Assembly: GCA_025558095.1 (NCBI GenBank)
Contig: JAIVFI010000023.1
Span: forward strand, 558,001-622,000
From: Hyaloraphidium curvatum SAG 235-1
Taxonomy: Eukaryota; Fungi; Monoblepharomycota
Direction: 5' to 3'
Length of the DNA: 64,000 nt
Part shown: positions 47,862-57,974 of the stretch, piece by piece
Layout: each line of letters opens with the position of its first letter
Position numbering within the stretch: the stretch's first letter is position 1
Notes under the pieces: generated by a model
The model's database searches: none
Told to the model about the DNA's origin: nothing
Seen by the model: only the letters and a program-made list of their open reading frames with translations
Program-made: the position numbers and the translations under genes

Positions 47862-49844
47862 ATGGCCGATGGTGCCGGCTCCGGCGGGGATTCGGGGCCT
47901 CCGCCCGGACCGGCACCCCCATCAGAGTCCCGCAACCTCCAGACGCCGCTGGTGCTCCCGCGTCCCGCGAGCTTCCAGCTCGATTGGCGGGATATCGTGC
48001 GCGAAACAGATTTCTCTACCGGTCGACCGCGAAAGCTCGGCAGCGGAGCTTTCGGGGTGGTGTACGCGGCCAAGCTGAAGCGGGACATGGACACACTGGT
48101 TGCGCTCAAGATTCTGCAGTGGTCGGGCGATGAGGGACTCCGGCGGAAGCAGCACGAGTCTTTTTCCCGGGAGGTCGAGGTCTGGCAGACCCTGACCGAC
48201 GACCACGGTATGTCGCGTTCTGCGGAGAGGATGGCCTCGCGCTGAACTTGGTGCAGTGCTCCGATTCCTGGGCTACACCGTCGATCCTTATCTCACGCTG
48301 GTATCGGAAGTGGCGGAGACGGATCTCGCGAGCCTACTCCAGGGCCCGCCCCGACCAACATTTCCGTGGGTTGACGCGCAGCGCTGCTTGCTCCATGTCG
48401 CCCTCGGCATGAGACACCTCCATTCCAAGGACATTGTTCATTGCGATCTGAAGCCCGCCAACATCCTACGACGAAACGGGATCTACAAAGTCGCCGACTT
48501 TGGGCTTTCCGCCTTCAGGGACTCTGCTTTGGGCGGAACCCGCGGCTACCTCGCCCCCGAAGCTCTGTTCCAGGACGTGGGACCGCGTGAGCTCCCATCG
48601 GATGTGTACAGCTACGGGATCGTTGCTTACGAGCTCAACGCGGGACAGTGTCCTGATCTGCCTGGCTCTTTGGCCTACCGCTCTGGATCACCTTTGCGGC
48701 GGCCGTTTGGAATCACCGATGCCGTGTGGAACTTGATCGAGAGCTGTACGGACTGGCAGCCGCTGGATCGGCCCGATTTCCGGGCCATCGTCGCCGTCGT
48801 GGAAGCGCTGTCTCGGCTCGCTTCTGAACCCGGGCCCGACGTGCTGCAGAGCGGCAACGATTGGAGCCTGTCGTGTGCGCTCACGGAGACCGCCGCCGCG
48901 ATGTATTCGACAAGCGAGCGGGACGGAAGCTCGGCATCATGCCTTCAGGGCATGTTTCAGCTTCATGAGCCCGACATTACCTACGATACCTCAATTGTCC
49001 TTGGCCAAAACTCCTTCTTGACAGTCTATCGGGGCGGGCTTCATGGCTTTGGAGATAGTGCGATCAAGGTCTTCAGATCCTGGTGCCACAAGGACTACGT
49101 GAACGAGCTTCTGAAGGCCGAGTTCGAGGTCTCCTGGGGAAAGCTCCCCGCCCATGAGAATGGTGCGTAACGAGGAACTGCAGCATATCACATCCGGACT
49201 CAAACTACCTCGTAAACGTTACAGTCGTCCCATTCTTTGGTTTCTGCACGTCTCCCCCGCTTGTTGTGACGGAATTCTGCGCCGGTGGAAACCTATCACA
49301 GTTTATGGCACGGCACGACTGGCACACCCACCTTGGCTTTCGCCTACTTGCCAATGCGGCCACTGGCATCACCTTCCTACATTCAAAGGACATCATCCAC
49401 GGGGGACTTAAGCCTGAAAACATCCTCATTGATGACAGCTTCGGCTATCCCGTTGCCAAGGTATCAGACTATTGCATGCCCCAGATTTTCACGAAGCTAG
49501 CTACCCACGACACCTTCGAGCCCGAGTTTCAGCATGGAGAAGATTTCGACATCGCCTATGCTTCTCCAGAGTCGATAACTGGGGAACGGTTGCCAAAGGC
49601 TTCCGATGTGTGGTCCTTCGGAATGGTCTGCTGGCACGTTCAGGCCCATGGGCAGCGCCCTTATGGTCCGAGGCCTGGGTTTCCGATAGTTCAGGCCATC
49701 CGCCGTGGGCAGTGCCCGCCAAGGCCGTACAGAACTACTGATGCCGTCTGGAGCCTCATCCAGTCGTGCTGGAGCCTGGAAACCGAACGGCGGCCGACAA
49801 TGGCGGCGGTGACGGCGGAGTTGATCCGCCTCAGGGACACTTGA
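47862..49844 (+). CDS. Tandem TKL kinase-pseudokinase
   Basis: Domain 1: LGSGAFGVVY, VALK, HCDLKPAN, DFG, APE. Domain 2: LGQNSFLTVY, SAIK, HGGLKPEN (no catalytic Asp), SDYC in place of DFG, SPE. Introns at 48208-48256 and ~49163-49225. Confidence 0.88.
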
Positions 49845-49874
49845 GCGAATTGCAGCCAATGGATGTTTAGCGGC

Positions 49875-50696
49875 GCGCACGAGAACAGTGGGTGAAGCAT
49901 CGGCGGCCCGCGGAGCGCACTGATTGCTCTTTCATAAGGTCGTTTCCCTCCTCGGATACTGTGAATCTCCTTCGTGTCCACCCTCGTTCGGGGCAAGATC
50001 TTTGCACACCACCTGTTCTACCTCTAACGCAACTCCAAGCCGCGGCCGGACGAGTACTACTACGCCTCCGCATCACTCCTCCTTGACGTTGCCCGCGCGC
50101 TCGCGTACCTCCACGACGACCGCCACCTCGTCCACGGGGACCTCAAGGGCGACAACATCCTCGTGGACGACTCGGTCTCCCCGCCCCGCGCCAGGCTCGC
50201 CGACTTTGGCCTCTCCCGGATGCGGGTCGACACCAGCGTCAGCGATGCCCTCGTTTCGGAACCCGCGAGCGGCTGGCCGTTCAAGGCGCCCGAGATGCTC
50301 GCGGTCGCGCCCAACCCGCAGAAGGCCCGCAAGCCGACGGACGTGTACGCTTTCGCGATGCTCGCCTACGTCGCCGGGTCGGGGGGCTACGAGCCGTACT
50401 ACTTTCCGATGCCGGCCAAGCCGACGGATGCCGAGCGCGCCGCCGAGGCAGCCCACATTTTGCGGGTCAAGGATGCGGTGCGGACGCCGCCTCCCGAAGG
50501 GCCGTGCAGGCCCAAGTTCCCGCCCGAGCCGGCGATCCCGGGCTGGAACATGCCCAGGATGCCCGACGGGATGCGGAAGCTGATGGAGGACTGCTGGGCG
50601 CACGAGCAGGACGCGAGGCCGACGATGGCGCAGGTGGTGGCGAGGCTGGAGGGGATGCTGGCGCCGGGCGGGGAGCTGGCGGCGCCGGCGACGTAG
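49875..50696 (+). pseudogene. 5'-truncated, disrupted copy of the ankyrin-kinase catalytic domain
   Basis: Starts at cacgagaacagtgg|gtga, as at 44509. Has a stop in ...ttctacctc TAA and frameshifts, then intact HGDLKGDN/DFG/KAPE. The last ~200 nt are nearly identical to 45125-45343. Confidence 0.82.
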
Positions 50697-50975
50697 TGAA
50701 GCTCTTTGTATTGGCAAGGCGAATGGTGTTGGAACGAAGATTGCTCCTAGCTCGGACTTGGACTCGTTAGCGGTGGCTCTTCCTTTCTATCCTGATCGCG
50801 CCGAAGACTCAACGGTTCAACGGCGAGGATCTTTGCGGTCAGGAATGCACATGGGTGCTGTCAGGAAACCTGCTCGGGGTGTATCAGCGTGGGATTCAAC
50901 GGGTTAGTCATTCAGGGACCGTAGGGACTGGGACGCAGCGGAAACACCCAGGAGTCACACCATCAGACGGCAAGA

Positions 50976-51653
50976 ATGGGAGCCACGTACTCGATAGCCC
51001 TGAGCCCCCGCCGCATCAACGTCGACCAGAATCCCGAGCCGCTCCGGTTTCAGTGCGGCGCCGAGGGCGACCGCAGCGACGGCACCTGGCGGGTGCTGCT
51101 CGTCCCCCGCGGGCAGGGCCCCGGCAAGCCGGTGAAGACGGCGCCCCAGATACGGATGGGCCTCAGCGAGTCGCAGGGGACCTTCTCGTTGGAGGGTCTC
51201 GAGGCGGGGAGGGACTACGAGGCCGTGCTGGTCAAGACGGTCACGGGGTGGATATCGCAGGGGGTGACAGAACTGGCCCGCTCCGCCGCCGCGACCATCA
51301 CCAGCGATGCTCACGAGGCCAAGTTGGAGCTGGCAAGGAGGAGGGAAGCACTGGAAAGGGCCAGACAGGAGATGGAGGAGGCCAAAAAGAACCTGAAGCG
51401 GAAGGAGAGGGCGGTCAGGAAGCTCAAGCGCGACATCCGCGAGTTCGGCAAGGAAAAGAAGCTCGAGGAGGAGGTAGACGACGTTTCGAGCGACGCGACC
51501 GAATTCGAGCGGGAGCCCGAGGAGAAGCCGGGGAAGCGCAAGCGGGAAAGGGGGAAAGTGGTGGTCATGGTGTCGCATCCCGGAGGTTCGGACGAGGAGG
51601 ATGAATCGGAAAGGGAGAGGGATAGGGTGAGACCGGCCAAAAGGATGAAGTAA
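50976..51653 (+). CDS. Hypothetical protein: FN3-like N-terminal domain, coiled coil, basic/acidic tail
   Basis: MGATYS start, FSLEGLEAGRDYEAVL (FN3-like), heptad-rich EAKLELARRREALERARQEMEEAKKNLKRKE, basic KRKRE and RPAKRMK. Confidence 0.6.
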   Translation: MGATYSIALSPRRINVDQNPEPLRFQCGAEGDRSDGTWRVLLVPRGQGPGKPVKTAPQIRMGLSESQGTFSLEGLEAGRDYEAVLVKTVTGWISQGVTELARSAAATITSDAHEAKLELARRREALERARQEMEEAKKNLKRKERAVRKLKRDIREFGKEKKLEEEVDDVSSDATEFEREPEEKPGKRKRERGKVVVMVSHPGGSDEEDESERERDRVRPAKRMK

Positions 51654-51785
51654 CTGCTGATGGCTGGGATCGCGAGCACATATTATTGTTCTTCATCAGT
51701 CGTGTAGCAGTTTTGCGAGCAAGTGATCCTTCTGTCTGTGGGTCATGCCCGTCGGGGCATCTGTGGCAGCACACCATCAAACTAC

Positions 51786-53012
51786 TCAAATGGCAGCCAA
51801 CGCCCCTTCCAGCTCGCGCGCCGCCTCCTCCAGCCTCCTACGCCCTTCGGCTCCGTCATCGAACAGCGTCCAAGGTGCTTTCGACCGCGCCCACCCACGG
51901 AGCTCGGCCGCCCTTGCCCGCCTGGCGTCTTCCGTTCCGACACCGTGCAGCCACTCGGGGCTAGCGATTTCCAGCTTGGCGGCACAATTCGGGCGTGCCA
52001 GAAACTCCACGATGACCCGTTCGGCCTCCGCAAACGCGTGTGCGCAATCGAGGTCCGGGTAGAGGGAGATTGAAAGCTCCGTGACCCGAGGCGGGAAACC
52101 TTGGCGCAAGTGACGCACGATGCCCGACGTGCCGCCCTTGATGTCGAGAGACGTGAGGCTGGTACACGCCGTGATCTGGGCCCAAAACTCGTCGCGATCG
52201 GCCACGGCGAGATGGAACAACGAGGTCGGGCGGAAATCCGGCCGCCGCCGGAGAAGTTCCGAAACCACGCTGTGGTCGACGTTCTCCAGCGTCTTGATCT
52301 TGCGCATAACCGCCGAAGACAGGGCCGCAAGGAGCAATGCTTGATCTTGAGTCCCGTTAATCGAATCGTCGATTTCGTCGGCATAGAGTATGATCTCCTT
52401 GAGCCGCGGCGAATCCATCGTGATGCCCTCGCAGATTAGCCGCAGCATATCGTTGACAGGCCAGCTCAGCACCAGCTGCTGGACGACGGGGAACATTGCC
52501 GATGGGAAGAACTGCGCTCGGTCCTTCCATTGGGGTTCGAGGTACGGGTCCCGTTGCAACCGCAGCGTGTCCACGTTGGGCCACGGTAGCGCCGAAAAGC
52601 GTCCTAAAGCTCCCGCGTTGCGGACGTCGATCTCCAAGTCCGTGATTCGCGGTGCCAACGCCACGACGAGCCCGGAATCCCACGGCCAGCTGGCCTGAGC
52701 GCCAGAATCCAACAGCACCAGGCGCCGGCACAGGCGAAACTTGCCCTCTTCCCCCGCCCCGGCCGAGCCGCCGACGAAGCGCCACATGCCGTCCAGGTCC
52801 CGAAAAACGCGCGACCATTCGAGTTCCCCTTCAGCGTTCACGCCGTAGTCGAAGACCATGTCGAGGAGCCTCGGGGCGAGGTGGGGCAAAAGGAGCTCGC
52901 ATGCGCCGCGCGACGCCAGCGCCATCTCGAGGAGCGTGCGCGCCGGTACGGACCGCGCGACATTCAGGAGGAGCTCGGGCGGCAGTGCGAGGCCATCGCT
53001 GGGGTCCGACAT
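51786..53012 (-). CDS. F-box-like / degenerate-LRR protein, copy 2
   Basis: MSDPSDGLALPPELLLNVARSVPARTLLEMALASRGACELLLP, collinear with 45445-46701 over its full length. Confidence 0.75.
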   Translation of the reverse strand: MSDPSDGLALPPELLLNVARSVPARTLLEMALASRGACELLLPHLAPRLLDMVFDYGVNAEGELEWSRVFRDLDGMWRFVGGSAGAGEEGKFRLCRRLVLLDSGAQASWPWDSGLVVALAPRITDLEIDVRNAGALGRFSALPWPNVDTLRLQRDPYLEPQWKDRAQFFPSAMFPVVQQLVLSWPVNDMLRLICEGITMDSPRLKEIILYADEIDDSINGTQDQALLLAALSSAVMRKIKTLENVDHSVVSELLRRRPDFRPTSLFHLAVADRDEFWAQITACTSLTSLDIKGGTSGIVRHLRQGFPPRVTELSISLYPDLDCAHAFAEAERVIVEFLARPNCAAKLEIASPEWLHGVGTEDARRARAAELRGWARSKAPWTLFDDGAEGRRRLEEAARELEGALAAI

Positions 53013-53425
53013 TGTTCGAAGTCGCACGGGACTAGCGACCCGGCCCGTCCGACCCCGACTGTGGAGTGGGCGGAGGAGGCAAACTGGCACTCCGAGCAGT
53101 TCCCCTGGACACTTATCCAAATATCAAAGCGTGACATGCTACTGGTCACGGATGCATCGTGTCAGCGCTTGGATCCGTCGCGCATCGTTCCCTGGGCGCT
53201 AGAACCTCCACTATTGCTTCCAATTAGCGCTTGCTCTCCCGTCTGCGACCTCGAGCAGCCTCCCCACCTCCACCAACCTATTCCGACCCTTATCTCCGGC
53301 CCACTGCATGTCCACCAGCGGCAGGTGTGCCTCCGCATGCGGTATGTCGTCGGATTGAGGTTTGCTATCAGCAACTCCATCCGTGGGGGCCCCGTTCACT
53401 GCATGGGTGAAGCATTTCGGGGTCA

Positions 53426-54340
53426 TCATCTGCCCTCCCTCGGCTGGCAGACCGCCTTGTGGCGCGACCAATCCTTTCGCTGGCACTCGGGCGAGCAGTA
53501 CCGCATTGACTTGCACTTCCCGCAGCGCTGCATGCCCCTGGATCTCTCGGTGGCGAAGGCCCTGCAGCCGACGGCGGCGCAGAGGCAGCCCTCCCCGAGG
53601 GCGACCGGGTAGTCCGCTGCATGGCCCGCATCCGACCGCTCCCTGCATGTCGCAACGTCGCAGTGCGGAAAGATGCCGACGTCAATCTGCTCGGCGTCAC
53701 CCACGGCGACGGTGGAGATGCGGATTCTGTAGGCGCTGGTGGCCCTGCGGCAGCCCACGCACCGCCAATCCTGCCAGGTCCGCAGCCCCTCGCTGGCGGC
53801 GTCAGCGCGCACCCGGTGGAGGATCGAGGCAAAGTTCGAAGCAAGCATGGTGCCGTCTTTGTCCGCTGCCGGCAGCTCGAAGGCGGCCCGGAAGATTTCT
53901 GCGGTGCCGCCAGCTGACCAAAGCGCTACGGCGGCATGCACGGGGCGGAAGTCGAGCTCGCGCGTAGCGTCGTCGAGGTCCATTACGCGCGGGTCCATCA
54001 GCGCCTCCGTGTACTTTGCCTCCTTGGCAATGCATTTGGGTGCCGCGCACCGCGGTACGCACATGAGGAGAAGCGAGCGCGCCCAGCCGCCCCCGGCCGG
54101 CACGTCGTTTAGAACGCAGGGGAACTCGACCGCGGGAGCGGTGCCGCAGGAATAGCACTTCCACGGGCGCGCATCGACCGCCGCGGCCTTCCACGCCGCG
54201 ACGGAGGGCAGCCACGGCTCGATGCGCGCAGCGGCCCCCGCGGCGCGAAGCGCGTCGGTGGGAAGCTGGAAGATGCGCACGGCCTCGGTGGGCGGCGAAC
54301 CCGGGACTGTGACCAAAAGTCTGACAGAGATCTCCTCCAT
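53426..54340 (-). CDS. MYND zinc-finger protein with two upstream W-x-CxxC...P-x-C-x4-C repeats
   Basis: C-terminal MQRCGKCKSMRYCSPECQRKDWSRHKAVC. Upstream WKCYSCG...VPRCAAPKC and WRCVGCR...FPHCDVATC. Confidence 0.82.
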   Translation of the reverse strand: MEEISVRLLVTVPGSPPTEAVRIFQLPTDALRAAGAAARIEPWLPSVAAWKAAAVDARPWKCYSCGTAPAVEFPCVLNDVPAGGGWARSLLLMCVPRCAAPKCIAKEAKYTEALMDPRVMDLDDATRELDFRPVHAAVALWSAGGTAEIFRAAFELPAADKDGTMLASNFASILHRVRADAASEGLRTWQDWRCVGCRRATSAYRIRISTVAVGDAEQIDVGIFPHCDVATCRERSDAGHAADYPVALGEGCLCAAVGCRAFATERSRGMQRCGKCKSMRYCSPECQRKDWSRHKAVCQPREGR

Positions 54341-54598
54341 GGGGCCGGTTGTTTCGTCCCGCGTCGGAACAGCGGTCAAGCTTCAGGACGAGGAACTCCG
54401 ATGGCGTCGTTTGTTTACTTCCCTTCCGAGGCGGCGTCTCCGAGCTCTAATGCTCTTGGCCGCAGCAACGCAATACATCAGCTTTCGCCATCGGCTGCTT
54501 GTTCCGTGTACCCGCGACTGCTCCCGGCAGAGCGTATGCACTGCCCGATAGCATCGTTGAGCCTGTCACTCCGCGATCTGCGATGCCAGCCGAGCCCG

Positions 54599-55339
54599 TC
54601 AGCCCTCCTCCTTACGAACAGCGGCCTCCCCAGAATGGCAAAGAGGCTTGTGGTTCCTCCAGTCAGCGCGCTGGCACGCGCTCGAGCAGTACGACACAGA
54701 CTTGCACCTGGCACACCTCTGCAGCTCCGATACGTGCTTGTAGGCCCGGCAGGTGAGGCAGATGCCAGTCATCGAACTCCCAGAGCGTCCGATGAGAGCA
54801 AAAAAGACCCTGTCCATTAGCTTCGGAACGAGCTTGCAGCAGCGGGGAGATCGGCGGGCTGGTGCAAAGACGGTGAACAGAAACGAGTTAAAGAGGCGCC
54901 CGTCATCGTTGCGGTTGCGGTTGTGGACGGCTATCGATGACAGCTTCACGGTACGCTGACCGCAGATGATGCAGGGGCTCCGAAAGGCCGATCTGGCCGG
55001 CGGGCTCGTTTCGGGCAACAGGCACAACCCGAGAGTAAAGCGGGCCTGCAGTCTTTCGAGAACGGCAGCCGCCATCTCCACGAAAGCGTGATGCCTCGAT
55101 TCGTCCAAAGGCGAGCTGTCTGGCTCGAAAACAGGGGTCCCGTGGCGGATGCGTTCCGACAAGATTGGACCAGCGAACTTGTCGATCCCGCCGGCCGAGT
55201 ACCGCAGCTGGTCTTCTCCTCCGTGCCATTGCCGACCGTCATCACCAGTCGGAGAGGATGCCGATGACGTGCGAGGAGCTGAATCCTTAGCAATACCGAG
55301 ACCGGAGCCCCACGACTTGGCTTGGGAGACGGACGGCAT
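54599..55339 (-). CDS. MYND zinc-finger protein, copy 2 (intact)
   Basis: CLTC...LQRCARCKSVSYCSSACQRADWRNHKPLC in a single ORF with an upstream PCIICG motif. Confidence 0.8.
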   Translation of the reverse strand: MPSVSQAKSWGSGLGIAKDSAPRTSSASSPTGDDGRQWHGGEDQLRYSAGGIDKFAGPILSERIRHGTPVFEPDSSPLDESRHHAFVEMAAAVLERLQARFTLGLCLLPETSPPARSAFRSPCIICGQRTVKLSSIAVHNRNRNDDGRLFNSFLFTVFAPARRSPRCCKLVPKLMDRVFFALIGRSGSSMTGICLTCRAYKHVSELQRCARCKSVSYCSSACQRADWRNHKPLCHSGEAAVRKEEG

Positions 55340-55473
55340 TGCGTCCAGCTCCAGCTCTCACGCGATCGGATGAGAAAATCCCATCGTACTCGCATGGCGC
55401 TGCCTTGACGATCAATAACATGAATTCCGATTCTCTCAACGAGTAGCTCCTGTAGCTGTACACACGGGTGCAA

Positions 55474-57974
55474 ATGTTGCGTCTCGGTTTGCGGTACTTG
55501 CCGCGCCCCACCTTCCCTCGTCGGCGATCCGGGGCCGCATCGCGCATGTTCGCGCCCTCCCGGCATCCCTGGCCGACGGCAATGGCCGTTGGTGCCGACC
55601 TCGGCGGGGACTTGGAGCCTCCGCCTGGACCAGCACCCCCATCGGAGTCTCGCGACCTCCGGACGCCGCGTGTGCTCCCGCGTCCCGCGAGCTTCCAGCT
55701 CGATTGGCGGGATATCGTGCGCGACACGGATTCCTCCACCGGTCGACCGCGAAAGCTCGGCAGCGGAGCTTTCGGGGTGGTGTACGCGGCCAAGCTGAAG
55801 AGGGACATGGACACACTGGTCGCGCTCAAGATTCTGCAGTGGTCGGGCGATGAGGGACTCCGGCGGAAGCAGCACGAGTCTTTTTCCCGGGAGGTCGAGG
55901 TCTGGCAGACCCTGACGGACGACCACGGTATGTCGCGTTCTGCGGAGAGGATGGCCTCGCGCTGAACTTGGTGCAGTGCTCCGATTCCTGGGCTACACCG
56001 TCGATCCTTATCTCACGCTGGTATCGGAAGTGGCGGAGACGGATCTCGCGAGCCTACTCCAGGGCCCGCCCCGACCAACATTTCCGTGGGTTGACGCGCA
56101 GCGCTGCTTGCTCCATGTCGCGCGCGGCATGAGACACCTCCATTCGAAGGACATTGTTCATTGCGATCTGAAGCCCGCCAACATCCTACGACGAAACGGG
56201 ATCTATAAAGTCGCCGACTTTGGGCTTTCCGCCTTCAGAGACTCTGCTTTCGGCGGAACCAGCGGCTATCTCGCCCCCGAAGCTCTTTTACGGGACCTGG
56301 GACCGCGTGGGCTCCCATCAGATGTGTATAGCTACGGGATTATTGCTCACGAGCTCAATGTGGGACAGTGTCCTGATCTGCCGGGATGCTTGGTCTACCG
56401 CTCAGGATCACCTTTGCGGCGGCCGTTTGGAATCACCGATGCCATGTGGAACTTGATCGAGAGCTGTACGGACTGGGAACCACTGGAACGGCCTGATTTC
56501 CGGGCCATCATCGATACTGTGGAGCACTTGACCATCGTACCGATGGTGGATCGCATTATCTTGCAGGTTGGAAACGGCACTTACGGCGCGGATGGGGATC
56601 CGAAGAACCTTCCGATGGCGACGGACAGCGTCGATCTGCTCAACACGGTGTTGACATCCTTCTATGGTTTTTCGGGCGGGCTTAACTACAACCAAAGCGC
56701 AGCTGAGATTCGCAGGGCCGCAAGCGCCGCCGTGTCCGACATCCGGACTTCCTCGGGGACTTCTCTCATTCACCTTGTTGGTCACGGCGGGGATCGGAAC
56801 GGACGATTCGTATTCGAAGGCGCCTGCTCTCCAGACGCCATTGGTTCAGGGGAAGTCAACACGGTGGACCTTGAGCATGATATTCTTGCACGAATCCCCA
56901 AAGATCATGCGGGTCTCGTGGTCGCTCTGCTGGACTGCTGTCGGGGCGCTGCTGGGGAGGAGGATCGGCCCTTTGAGGAGATAAGGCCGAACGTCCTCCT
57001 TGGGTTCGCCGCCAGCCATAACGCTAAAGCTTACGGCTGTCTGTACTCATTTCTGGTGGCCGAGGAGCTCTGGAGACGCTTTAACCGCCAGTCAGCTCCC
57101 TTCTCGTGGCGCAGTGCTCTTGATGCTGTCCAGAAGCGGATCATCAAGAGGACCAACGTGGCCGCTTTGCAACAGGACACGAAAGACGCCGATTTAGCGC
57201 AAAAGGTGCAGCAAGTTCCCGAACACATGCCCATGAGTGGTGAGATTAATTGGACGGAGAACCGCTTCCTGCTTGTGAGCTTGCCAGTCGCGAATCCAAG
57301 CAGTTTTATTGACCTTCGTCTCCTCGCAGAAACCGTTACCGAAAACTGCGACGGAAGCAAGTGAACAGGAAAGTCTGCGCCTATCTTTTGAACGACACAC
57401 GAGGGAGCTCGAAGAAACCAAGTCATTGGAGCAGAGCTACCCACTTGCGTCCTACATGTCCTACATGTCTGATCTCTTTGATTCACCGTACCGATTGGAG
57501 CTGATCTTCTCTGATGGATCTTCACGGAGCATTGGTGGTGATTCGGGGATCGCCGCGGGGGAGATGCTGCTCCAGATCCACGCAATGTCATCAAGCCCGC
57601 TAACTCCGCAGCGAATCAAGAGCTTCCATCTTCAATCTTTGAAGCATCAATCCCGTTACCATCTTCCCCGGCTACCAGGATCAACGCTTTTCTTGTTTCG
57701 AGGCTTCGCAGAGGAAGCGATTGAGCAGGCATTTGGTGGATTTGCAGGCCCGGAGACTGCCACGGGGTCTGGGCGGGTCACCACCGCCGGCGAATCCAAG
57801 TTTGGCAAACGCGTCGGTGCAGAGGATGAAATCATACCCCTGGAAGCTCGGAAGCGCGGCAAGCTTGCGGAAACCTCGCGAGTGAGCAGCACGGTGATAG
57901 CACTCACCGGAGGTTCCGCTTGGCTCGCCTCCCACTTTCTTTCCGGCGCCAACAACGGCGCGGACGATAGTTGA
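55474..57974 (+). CDS. TKL kinase fused to a caspase-like (peptidase C14) domain and a C-terminal domain
   Basis: Kinase nearly identical to 47862-48790 (intron 55928-55976). Then ILQVGNGTY...NLPMATDSVDLLNTVLTSFYGF, LIHLVGHGG (His 56783), VALLDCCRG (Cys 56939), LLGFAA, VQKRI...QQVP. Intron 57275-57329 brings in the 57309-57974 frame. Start is either 55474 or 55582. Confidence 0.82.

Larger units (their letters stand above)
44505..56510. repeat. Tandem segmental duplication (direct orientation)
   Basis: Collinear homologous blocks: 44505-45343 ~ 49875-50696; 45470-46710 ~ 51800-53020; 46980-48790 ~ 54620-56510, including intergenic DNA and an identical kinase intron. Confidence 0.92.
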
